NCBI GenBank assembly: GCA_902616145.1
Contig: CACMRM010000001.1
Location: 161,450-225,449 of the forward strand
Source: an uncultured Pelagibacteraceae bacterium
Lineage (GTDB): Bacteria > Pseudomonadota > Alphaproteobacteria > Pelagibacterales > Pelagibacteraceae
Length of the DNA stretch: 64,000 nucleotides
Direction: 5' to 3'
Part shown: positions 44,949-55,672 of the stretch, in pieces
Position numbering within the stretch: position 1 is the stretch's first letter
How the letters are laid out: each line of letters opens with the position of its first letter
Position numbers and translations under genes: made by a program
The notes under the pieces: generated by a model
What the model saw: the letters and a program-made list of their open reading frames with translations, nothing else
Databases searched by the model: none
What the model was told of the DNA's origin: nothing

Positions 44949-45987
44949 AGTAACAAAATCTCTTTTCAGGATGCCAGCTGAATGGGAAAGACAAAAATCT
45001 ACTTTAATAGGATGGCCTTATAATAGAAATGATTGGCCAGGCAAGTTTTACAATATTCCTAAGATATTTGCTAAAATAATTTCTAAAATTACCAAATCTC
45101 AAGAAGTAAATCTTTTAATTAAAAACCATAAATCTAAAAATATAATTAAAAAATTACTTAGGAAAAATAATGCAAGAATACGTAATATAAAATTTATAAT
45201 TTGTGAAACAGACAGAGTATGGATGAGAGATACAGGCCCAATATTTATTAAAGATAAAAAAAATAAAAATATTTTATTAAATTGGAAGTTTAACGGTTGG
45301 GCTAAATATAAAAATTATAAAGCAGATAATAAAGTCAATTTCAAAATAAAACATCATTACAAAGGAAATATCATCAGTCCGAAATTTAATAAAAAATCAA
45401 TAGTTCTTGAGGGTGGTGCGATAGATGTTAATGGAAAAGGTTTACTGCTCACAACAAAAGAATGTTTATTAAGTAAAATTCAACAACGAAATTCTTTCTT
45501 GAAAATAAAAGATTATAATCATATCTTTAAAAAATTTTTTGGTGCAAAAAAAGTTATTTGGCTGAATAAAGGAATTGTGGGGGACGATACGCATGGTCAT
45601 GTTGATGATATTGCGAGATTTGTAAAATCTAATAAAGTTTTTCTTGCTTACGAAAATAATAAAAAAGATAAAAATTTCAAAAATCTCAATGAAAACTTCA
45701 AAATTTTAAAAAAAATCAAAATTAGTTCATCGCAAATAAAAATTGTTAAAATTCCCATGCCAAGACCTATTTACATAAATAAAGTCAGAGTTCCAGCATC
45801 GTATCTAAACTTTTATATATTTAATAAATTTGTTTTATTGCCAACTTTCAATGATCCTAAAGATAAAAAAGTAATCAAAATTTTTAAAAAAGAATTTAAT
45901 AATAGAAAAATTATTCCAATAGATTGTTCCGAATTAATTTGGGGTTTAGGAGCAATTCATTGTTTGACACAACAAGAGCCAAAATAA
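44941..45987 (+). CDS. aguA: Agmatine deiminase
   Basis: MPAEWE N-terminal motif, WMRDTGP, DDTHGHVDD and C-terminal GAIHCLTQQEP (catalytic Cys). Confidence 0.85.
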   Translation: MPRVTKSLFRMPAEWERQKSTLIGWPYNRNDWPGKFYNIPKIFAKIISKITKSQEVNLLIKNHKSKNIIKKLLRKNNARIRNIKFIICETDRVWMRDTGPIFIKDKKNKNILLNWKFNGWAKYKNYKADNKVNFKIKHHYKGNIISPKFNKKSIVLEGGAIDVNGKGLLLTTKECLLSKIQQRNSFLKIKDYNHIFKKFFGAKKVIWLNKGIVGDDTHGHVDDIARFVKSNKVFLAYENNKKDKNFKNLNENFKILKKIKISSSQIKIVKIPMPRPIYINKVRVPASYLNFYIFNKFVLLPTFNDPKDKKVIKIFKKEFNNRKIIPIDCSELIWGLGAIHCLTQQEPK

Positions 45988-45995
45988 TTTTGCTC

Positions 45996-47279
45996 TTATA
46001 ATAAAATATTTTTAGGTGACCAGCTAATAATTACTGAAGCGCCACCTAAATTTTTATCATCTTTGAATGTAAGTTTAGCATTTTGTCTCTCTAATAAAGT
46101 TTTGCCTAAGAAAGTTCCTAGGCCTAAGCCTGAATTTGGATTTAATTCTGATGATCCTGATTTGATATATGGTTCTCCCAACTTATCAATAATGTCTTTA
46201 GGAAATCCTGGTCCGTCATCATTCACAGTGATTTTAATTTCTTTATCATCACTTATCAAAAAAACATTCACTTTACTTTTTGAAAATTTAATTGCGTTGC
46301 CTATAAAATTTCTCAACCCGTAGATCATTTCCGCTGAGCGTTGGATGTCAATTTTATTTTTATCATTATCAGATACTAAAGTAATTTCTTTGGAGGAAGT
46401 TTCCCTAAAAGAATTTATGATTTCCTCAAGTAAATTTTCTAATTTTGTGGAACTAAAAAACTTGTCTTCTTCTATCTGTTTTTTTGAAATTCTTTTTAAA
46501 ATTTCACTACATCTTTTAGATTGGCTAATTAACAGATCAACATCTTTGGATAGCTCATTGTTATCTCCAATTTCTTTTTTTAATTCTTTTGCAACCACAC
46601 TTATTGTAGCTAGAGGTGTTCCTAGAGAGTGTGCGGCTGCTGCTGCTTGCCCTCCTAAGGATTCTAATTCATATTCTTTATAAATCACCTCTTGAAGTTT
46701 TTTGAAAGCTTCCTCTGTTTTCTTTTTTTCTCCAGAAAAACGAATACCGAAATAGCTCAAAAATATTAAGCCAATAAATATAGAAATGACAATTCCAAAT
46801 TTATAGAAGTTTGGAAAATGTAACAAATTCATATCCTCACCTGGTAAAGGTAAATAAAAAAAGGATATGGTTAATAAAAGTAAAGATGTTATTAATCCTA
46901 AAATAATTGTGGTTCCCATACTTAGAAATGTTGAGGAAACTATTGCGGGAATCACCAATAAAAATGAGAAAGGATTAAAAATTCCTCCTGTCAAATAAAG
47001 AAGAGCACTTAATTGCAATAAATCGATAAGAAGGAAAGGAGCTGCATAAAAATCTTTTAGCTGATTAATTTTAATCCCAAATTGAAGATACAAATTTGTA
47101 GCTAAACCCAGTGAAATAATCAAATAGCTCTCAATGATTGGGAACGGTAAATTTAAGTAATAAAAAACTATACTAATTGCTAAAATTTGACCGATAATGG
47201 CTATATACCTTAGGATTGTTAATGTATTCTTATCTAAGCTTAAGTTCTCTTTAGTTCGAAAGAGAGTTGTAAAATCCAT
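45996..47279 (-). CDS. regB: Redox sensor histidine kinase RegB/ActS/PrrB
   Basis: Polytopic N-terminus containing the quinone-site heptapeptide GGIFNPF. H-box AAAAHSLGTPLATI. The conserved 'redox box' Cys lies in SQSKRCSEIL. Confidence 0.85.
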   Translation of the reverse strand: MDFTTLFRTKENLSLDKNTLTILRYIAIIGQILAISIVFYYLNLPFPIIESYLIISLGLATNLYLQFGIKINQLKDFYAAPFLLIDLLQLSALLYLTGGIFNPFSFLLVIPAIVSSTFLSMGTTIILGLITSLLLLTISFFYLPLPGEDMNLLHFPNFYKFGIVISIFIGLIFLSYFGIRFSGEKKKTEEAFKKLQEVIYKEYELESLGGQAAAAAHSLGTPLATISVVAKELKKEIGDNNELSKDVDLLISQSKRCSEILKRISKKQIEEDKFFSSTKLENLLEEIINSFRETSSKEITLVSDNDKNKIDIQRSAEMIYGLRNFIGNAIKFSKSKVNVFLISDDKEIKITVNDDGPGFPKDIIDKLGEPYIKSGSSELNPNSGLGLGTFLGKTLLERQNAKLTFKDDKNLGGASVIISWSPKNILL

Positions 47280-47285
47280 AAAAAA

Positions 47286-49361
<2,076 letters not shown>

Positions 49362-49458
49362 TTAATATATCATTTTTTTATAACATTATAAAATGTAGCT
49401 GAGTGCTCATGATCTAAAAGTATTCCATACCAACACTTTTTAAGCAAAAAATAAAATA

Positions 49459-49476
49459 TTTTCTAAATTTAGAAAA
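49459..49476. repeat. Perfect 18-bp palindrome TTTTCTAAATTTAGAAAA directly after the dnaN stop
   Basis: Self-complementary with no spacer. Located in the 134-bp dnaN-gyrB spacer. Confidence 0.6.
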
Positions 49477-49477
49477 A

Positions 49478-50593
49478 TTAGATTTTCATAGGCATTATTA
49501 CATAATAGCTATTCTTATCGTTGGTGTCCTCTATTAAAACTGGAGAGACAGAGTCTTTTAAATTCATTCTTAATTCTTTAGCACTCACTTCAGAGGCGAT
49601 CTCGATTAAATATTTGGAATTAAAACTTATATTTAGGTTTTCTGAGTTAAAATTTGCTTTTATTACCTCATTTCCCTCTCCTGAATTGGCACTATTTACT
49701 GTCAATTGGACATTATTGTTATTGATTAAAAGTTTTACTCCCTCTTTACGATCAAGTGAAACACTGGTTACTCTTTCAATCGAACTTATAAAATCTTTTG
49801 TAGGTAATGAAAGAATCTTCTCATTATTTGAAGGAACTACCTTCCTATAATCAGGAAATTTTCCATCTATAACTTTTGAAATTAAAGTAATATTACCTAA
49901 AGAAAATTTTATCTTATTTTCACTTGATTGCATGCTCAGTTGATCTGTATTGTCGGCTAATAAAGAACATAGTTGATAAACAGTTTTTCTTGGTAAAATA
50001 AGTGGAGAAAAATCATTCATATTTTGAACTTCTAAGCTAGATGATGAAAGTCTATGGCTGTCAGTAGCTACACCGGTTAAATAGTTTTTCCCGTTCAAAT
50101 TATTTGTATGTAAGTAAATTCCATTCAAATAATGTCTTGTATCATCATTTGAAATAGAAATTTTTGTTTTATTCAAAAGTTTTAAAAAGCTACTATTATT
50201 TAAAATTATTTCACTAGAGTTAAATTGATCTGAAAAAGTTGGAAAATTATCTGTTGGTAAACATAATAAATTAAAATCAGCATTATCGCTTTTAAGACTA
50301 AGTTTATTTTGAGACTTTAATTCAAAGTTCAATTCTGAGTTAGAAGAAATTTTTCTCAAAATATCGTAAAGAATGGCAGCAGAGGTAGTTGTGCTACCCT
50401 CGTTTATTATTTTCACATCACTTATAATATCATAAAAAACTATATCAAGGTCAGTGGCTACGACGGAGAGTTTTTTATTTTTTAATTGAAGTAAAACATT
50501 AGACAAAATAGGAAGTGTATTTTTTTTTTCTACAACTCCTTGGACATAGTTTAATGATTTTAATAAGATATCCCTTTTAATGACAAACTGCAT
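49478..50593 (-). CDS. dnaN: DNA polymerase III beta sliding clamp
   Basis: 371 aa with a three-domain clamp pattern. N-terminal MQFVIKRDILLKSLNYVQGVVEKKNTLPILSNVLL. Lies 3 nt after dnaA. Confidence 0.92.
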   Translation of the reverse strand: MQFVIKRDILLKSLNYVQGVVEKKNTLPILSNVLLQLKNKKLSVVATDLDIVFYDIISDVKIINEGSTTTSAAILYDILRKISSNSELNFELKSQNKLSLKSDNADFNLLCLPTDNFPTFSDQFNSSEIILNNSSFLKLLNKTKISISNDDTRHYLNGIYLHTNNLNGKNYLTGVATDSHRLSSSSLEVQNMNDFSPLILPRKTVYQLCSLLADNTDQLSMQSSENKIKFSLGNITLISKVIDGKFPDYRKVVPSNNEKILSLPTKDFISSIERVTSVSLDRKEGVKLLINNNNVQLTVNSANSGEGNEVIKANFNSENLNISFNSKYLIEIASEVSAKELRMNLKDSVSPVLIEDTNDKNSYYVIMPMKI

Positions 50594-50596
50594 TAT

Positions 50597-51988
50597 TTAC
50601 TGTTCTAATAAAAGGCTCTTAATTTGATTAATATTTTTTTTCATTTCATCGTCTTGTTCAGAAAGTCTTGTAATTGTTTTTACGGCGTGTATTACAGTGG
50701 TATGATCTCTATTAGCAAATCTTCTTCCAATTTCTGGAAGAGATCTTGTAGTCATTTTTTTTGCTAGATACATAGCAACTTGTCTGGGCCTTGCTAACGG
50801 CCGTGATCGTCTTTGGGAAAGCATTTCACTCAAAGCGATATTAAAATAGTTTGAAACAACATTTTGAATTTTATCAACTGTAATTACTCTAATTTGATTA
50901 AAAACGTCTTTTAAAATATTTTTACAATCAGCTATCGTAAGTGTTTTATTGTGTACTCTTGTAAAAGCTATAACTCTGTTAAGTACTCCTATAAGTTCTC
51001 TTATATTTGTTTTGCTCTCACTAGCTAAAAAACTTATTACATCCTCTGAAAGAGAAATATTTTCGTTAAATTGGATTTGTATTTCCTGTAGTTTCTTTTT
51101 AATAATTTTGATTTTGAGTTCTAAATCTGGTGATTCAATATCAACGACCAACCCACCTGCAAGTCTTGATTTAATTCTGTCTTGAATACGTTCTAGTTTC
51201 ATAGGTGCTCTATCTGCTGAAATTATTATTTGTGATCCTTTATCTATAAGGCTATTAAATGTATGAAAAAATTCCTCTTGTAAGCTTTCTTTACCACTTA
51301 AAAATTGAATATCGTCTATAATAAAAACTGAGGATTTCCTGAAAAAATCCTTAAAATTCACCATATCATTTTTCTTAATTGACTTTATAAAATGATACAT
51401 AAATCTCTCTGCTGAAATAAACATTACGTTATTGACGTTTTGAAGATCAATGCCAATAGCGTTTAATAAGTGCGTTTTACCTAGTCCGACTCCACCGCAG
51501 ATATAAAGGGGGTTGTATCTCGATAATTGCTCACATACCTTTTTGGAATAGGATAAAGCAATATCATTACTTTTGCCCTGTATGAAATTTTCAAAATTTA
51601 AATGAGGATTTAATCTGTTGTAGTTCAAGATAGAGTCTTTTATCTCAGTGACTTTACTAATTTGATCTATTTGTATTGAGTCTTTATTCTGCTTATTTTC
51701 TTCAATTATTTTAAATTCTATTCTATTTAAACTTAATTTAAAGCTCTTAACTTGTTCTAAGATTTTATCAAGATAACGCGACACTATCCAATCTCTGAAA
51801 AAACGCGTAGGCACACCTAGTATTAAATAATCATTGAATTCTTTTTCTAAGGAAATCTTTTGTAACCAACTGCTATATATTTCATTACCAAATGTTTTTT
51901 TAAAAGAGCTTTGAATTTCTTCCCAGTTTAAAGTCTTTTCTTCTTCATTAACGTAAAGATTCTGTTTTTTGATATTGTTTTTTTCCAT
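50597..51988 (-). CDS. dnaA: Chromosomal replication initiator DnaA
   Basis: AAA+ Walker A GGVGLGKTHLL, DDIQFL and the C-terminal DNA-binding helix FANRDHTTVIHA. Confidence 0.95.
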   Translation of the reverse strand: MEKNNIKKQNLYVNEEEKTLNWEEIQSSFKKTFGNEIYSSWLQKISLEKEFNDYLILGVPTRFFRDWIVSRYLDKILEQVKSFKLSLNRIEFKIIEENKQNKDSIQIDQISKVTEIKDSILNYNRLNPHLNFENFIQGKSNDIALSYSKKVCEQLSRYNPLYICGGVGLGKTHLLNAIGIDLQNVNNVMFISAERFMYHFIKSIKKNDMVNFKDFFRKSSVFIIDDIQFLSGKESLQEEFFHTFNSLIDKGSQIIISADRAPMKLERIQDRIKSRLAGGLVVDIESPDLELKIKIIKKKLQEIQIQFNENISLSEDVISFLASESKTNIRELIGVLNRVIAFTRVHNKTLTIADCKNILKDVFNQIRVITVDKIQNVVSNYFNIALSEMLSQRRSRPLARPRQVAMYLAKKMTTRSLPEIGRRFANRDHTTVIHAVKTITRLSEQDDEMKKNINQIKSLLLEQ

Positions 51989-52215
51989 GTAGAGTATTTA
52001 GTAAGAGATTAACTTAAACTCTCTTTTTAAAAGTTTTGCAAGATTTTTTTTAGTTTTGAAAAAAAAAAAACGTTTTCGGTTGTACCTTTATCGCTCAGAT
52101 AGAAAGTTTAAAAAATTTTTTACAACTTTAAAAAGAAACTATATTTTGATTTTGAAAAAAAATTTTATCCTAAATCTAGGTTTAAAAATTTTTAATCAAC
52201 TTTAGATTGATGAAA

Positions 52216-52470
52216 TTATTTTATTTTTTTTGAAGTCTTAGAAATTTTTCTAGCTGCAGTTTTTTTATTTACTACTCCAGATTTAGCAACCTGCATTAGA
52301 ATTGATTGAAATTTTGGAAAAAATTCTTTTATTTTTGCTTTTTCACCTGATTTGAGTAATAAATCCATTTTTTTAACAGCGGTTTTATACTTACTTTTTC
52401 TTATTCTATTAATTTGAGTTTGCTTTTTAACTCTTCTTACTCTTCTAACAGCTGATTTTGTATTAGGCAT
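52216..52470 (-). CDS. rpsT: 30S ribosomal protein S20
   Basis: MPNTKSAVRRVRRVKKQTQINRIRKS... is a typical bS20 N-terminus. 84 aa. Confidence 0.9.
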   Translation of the reverse strand: MPNTKSAVRRVRRVKKQTQINRIRKSKYKTAVKKMDLLLKSGEKAKIKEFFPKFQSILMQVAKSGVVNKKTAARKISKTSKKIK

Positions 52471-52514
52471 TTTTTAAGATTGTATATATCTCCAAATAAT
52501 GCTGGTCAACTTTA

Positions 52515-53384
52515 TTATTTTTGACAGCGACGACAATAAAAAGATGCTCGATTTGAGATAACAATTTTAGAGATTTTTTTTTTGCAATCTGTGTTAGAAC
52601 AAATTTCGCCTTTACGTCCATATACAGCAAATAGTTGTTGAAACTCTCCTTTTTTTCCATCATCGCTGTAGAAGTCTTTTATTGAAGAGCCACCTAGTTT
52701 AATAGAATTTTTCAAAATTTTTTTAGTATTTTTAATAATTCTAGATATTTCAGAATCATTAAGATTTTTAACCTTTCTTTTAGGGTTTATACCGCTAAAA
52801 AAAAGAATTTCATTTACGTATATGTTTCCCAAACCAGAAACGCATCTCTGATCCATAAGAGTATTTTTTACGTTTCTTTTTCGACCATTCATGTATTTTT
52901 TAAGATATAAAAAATTATACTTTTTCTCGAGAGGTTCTGGACCCAAGTTACGCAGATGTATATTTTCTAGGAATTTTTTTTTCTTAACAAATTTGATAAA
53001 ACCGAACTTTCTTATATCATTATAAATTAATTTTTGATCGTTCGAGAAATAGAAAATGACTCTATCATGTTTTTGATCTTTTTTATAATTTAGATCATAA
53101 TAAAAGCTTGTTTTAAATTTTTTTTTTTTTCTGTCAATATAGAAGAATTTGCCTGTCATTCCAAGATGGACTAACATGTGAAAATCTTTATTAAGTTTAA
53201 AGATTAAAAATTTTGATCTTCTTTTAATTTCTATAAACTTTCTACCAATCAAATTCAAAATTTCTTTTTTGTTAATTTTGTATCTTAAATTTCCATCATT
53301 GATTGTTACTTTTTTAATTGCCAAATGGAGGATTTTTCTCTCTAAGGACCTTTTAACAACTTCAACTTCGGGTAATTCTGGCAT
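52515..53384 (-). CDS. mutM: Formamidopyrimidine-DNA glycosylase
   Basis: MPELPEVE N-terminus and a C-terminal zinc finger C..C...C..C (CSNTDC...YCRRCQ). Confidence 0.9.
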   Translation of the reverse strand: MPELPEVEVVKRSLERKILHLAIKKVTINDGNLRYKINKKEILNLIGRKFIEIKRRSKFLIFKLNKDFHMLVHLGMTGKFFYIDRKKKKFKTSFYYDLNYKKDQKHDRVIFYFSNDQKLIYNDIRKFGFIKFVKKKKFLENIHLRNLGPEPLEKKYNFLYLKKYMNGRKRNVKNTLMDQRCVSGLGNIYVNEILFFSGINPKRKVKNLNDSEISRIIKNTKKILKNSIKLGGSSIKDFYSDDGKKGEFQQLFAVYGRKGEICSNTDCKKKISKIVISNRASFYCRRCQK

Positions 53385-53395
53385 ATAATTCTTCT

Positions 53396-54100
53396 ATGAA
53401 AAACACTATTCAAGATAAAAATAATTTAGTCAATTCTGTATTTTCAAAAGTTTATAAAAATTATGACTTGATGAATGATATAATGTCATTTGGGATTCAT
53501 AGGTTATGGAAAGAAAGTTTCTTAGATTGGATGAATCCTCGTCCCCATACCGAATTAATTGATGTAGGATCCGGCACAGGAGATATTGCAAAATTATTTC
53601 TAAAAAAAACAAATTTTTCCGGGACTGTAACATGTGTTGAACCAAATCTAAAAATGCTTGAAAAAGGAAAAAGTAAATTACATAAATATGATAATGTTAA
53701 ATGGATTAATTCTTCGGCTGAAAAAATACCAATTAATGATAATTCATTCGATTTTTACTCTATAAGCTATGGAATCAGAAATGTGACGAACATTAATTTA
53801 ACGTTAAAAGAAGCACTGAGAGTTTTAAAACCAGGGGGACGGTTTATGTGTTTAGAATTTTCAAAAATTGATAATGAATTTCTTGATTTTCTTTACAAAC
53901 AATACTCAAAAACAATACCTTTTATTGGAAAACTTATAGTTGGTTCTGATAAGCCGTACAAATATTTAGTTGATAGTATAGAAAAGTTTTATAATCAGGA
54001 AGAATTAGTTAAATTGATGCATCTTAATGGTTTTTCAAACATTGAATATAGGAACGTTTCTAATGGTATTTCGGCTATTCATTCAGGTTGGAAGATTTAA
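53396..54100 (+). CDS. ubiE: Demethylmenaquinone/ubiquinone C-methyltransferase
   Basis: YDLMNDIMSFGIHRLWK, the SAM motif IDVGSGTGD, and FGIRNV-like YGIRNVT. Confidence 0.9.
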   Translation: MKNTIQDKNNLVNSVFSKVYKNYDLMNDIMSFGIHRLWKESFLDWMNPRPHTELIDVGSGTGDIAKLFLKKTNFSGTVTCVEPNLKMLEKGKSKLHKYDNVKWINSSAEKIPINDNSFDFYSISYGIRNVTNINLTLKEALRVLKPGGRFMCLEFSKIDNEFLDFLYKQYSKTIPFIGKLIVGSDKPYKYLVDSIEKFYNQEELVKLMHLNGFSNIEYRNVSNGISAIHSGWKI

Positions 54101-55666
54101 ATGTTTAAAAGAGTTATTAGACTATTTTTAATTGCAAGAAAATTATCGACTTCAGGAGCAATTGAAATAATTAATGATGTTCATAAATTGCCATTTAGCT
54201 TAAACTTATTTTTCAATTTTATATCAATAGGGTCAAATTCTAAACAAGTAGGTACTCGTAAAAACTCAGGAGAAAGCCTATGTTATGCCTTACAAGGGAT
54301 GGGGACTACATTTATCAAACTTGGTCAATTTCTTGCAACAAGACCGGATATTATTGGTGAAGAATTAGCAAAAAGTTTAGAAAAACTTCAGGATAAGGTT
54401 CCAGCATTTGATTTATATGATGCAAAAAAAATTATTAAAAAAGAAATAGGTGAAAAATATTATCAAGAAATCACTGATATAAGTGAGCCGATCGCAGCTG
54501 CATCTATAGCTCAGGTACATTTAGCAAAAATAAAAGTTAATGATGAAGAAAAACAAGTGGCCATAAAAATATTAAGACCAGATATTGAAAAATTATTTAA
54601 TGAAGAGCTTGACGCTTTAATGCTTTTTGCTTATGTCGTCGAAAATACTGTATCTAAGGCTAAAAGATTAAAGTTAGTAGAAGTTGTTCACTTATTAAGA
54701 GAAATCACAAATATAGAGATGGATTTAAGATTTGAAGCAGCTGCAGCTAACGAGCTTTTTGAGAATACTAAAAATGATATTGGTTTTAATGTTCCCGCAA
54801 TATACTGGAACTACACAACCAAGAAAATATTGACATTAGACAAAGTTAAAGGTGTCTCCATAAGAGAGATTCGAAAAATAAGTGACTTAGGAGTTGATTT
54901 AAAAAAACTAGCTGAAAATTTAATACAATTATTTTTAACACAAGCAGTTCGTGATGGTTTTTTTCATGGTGACATGCACCAAGGAAATTTATTTGTTGAT
55001 GATAAGGGAAATATAATACCCGTTGACTTTGGAATAATGGGTCGTCTAGATAAAAACAATAGGAAGTTTTTGGCAGAAATTTTATACGGTTTCATTAAAA
55101 GGGATTATGTAAAAGTTGCAGAGGTACATTTTCAAGCAGGCCTAGTGCCTCAAAACGCGTCTAAAGAGGAATTTGCTCAAGCATTAAGATCTGTTGGTGA
55201 ACCAATATTTGGTCAATCTATCAAGGATATTTCGGGTGGAAATTTACTATCTCAATTGTTTGAAATTACTGAAAAGTTTAACATGCCTACCCAGCCACCA
55301 TTGCTGCTTCTTCAAAAAACAATGGTAGTTGTTGAAGGTGTTGCACGAAAACTATATCCTGAAACAAATATTTGGGAAGTTTCAAAACCTGTTTTAGAAA
55401 ATTGGTTAAAAGAGGTCAAAAGTCCAAAATCAACGATTGATACTGCAATCAATACTTCCTCAGAAATTCTAAAAAGGATACCAGATTTGCCTATTTTAAT
55501 GGATAGAGCTGATTATGCCCTTAAATTGATGTCTGAAGGTAAATTTAACTTTGCTATGGAGAGTAATAAAAACCTAGAAATAGAACAAATGAAAATTAAG
55601 AATTTTAGAAATAATATTCTTCTTAGTTTTTTTGGTATTGTAATTATATTTCTGTTAGTGTTTTAA
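54101..55666 (+). CDS. ubiB: Ubiquinone biosynthesis protein kinase-like UbiB (ABC1/ADCK family)
   Basis: FIKLGQFLATRPDIIG, AAASIAQVH and HGDMHQGNL motifs, with a C-terminal TM. Abuts ubiE (stop/start adjacent). Confidence 0.88.
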   Translation: MFKRVIRLFLIARKLSTSGAIEIINDVHKLPFSLNLFFNFISIGSNSKQVGTRKNSGESLCYALQGMGTTFIKLGQFLATRPDIIGEELAKSLEKLQDKVPAFDLYDAKKIIKKEIGEKYYQEITDISEPIAAASIAQVHLAKIKVNDEEKQVAIKILRPDIEKLFNEELDALMLFAYVVENTVSKAKRLKLVEVVHLLREITNIEMDLRFEAAAANELFENTKNDIGFNVPAIYWNYTTKKILTLDKVKGVSIREIRKISDLGVDLKKLAENLIQLFLTQAVRDGFFHGDMHQGNLFVDDKGNIIPVDFGIMGRLDKNNRKFLAEILYGFIKRDYVKVAEVHFQAGLVPQNASKEEFAQALRSVGEPIFGQSIKDISGGNLLSQLFEITEKFNMPTQPPLLLLQKTMVVVEGVARKLYPETNIWEVSKPVLENWLKEVKSPKSTIDTAINTSSEILKRIPDLPILMDRADYALKLMSEGKFNFAMESNKNLEIEQMKIKNFRNNILLSFFGIVIIFLLVF

Positions 55667-55672
55667 TTAATA

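Noticed and set aside
51989-52215. oriC immediately upstream of dnaA
   Set aside because: I found only a single 7/9 DnaA-box-like site and no cluster. Alphaproteobacterial origins are often not adjacent to dnaA. The region is kept only as a low-interest observation on its unusual size and repeats.
52463-52663. 66-aa ORF overlapping the 3' end of mutM and the rpsT start
   Set aside because: It is out of frame within mutM, whose zinc-finger C-terminus is intact. It would also overlap the rpsT start codon. It has no motif support.
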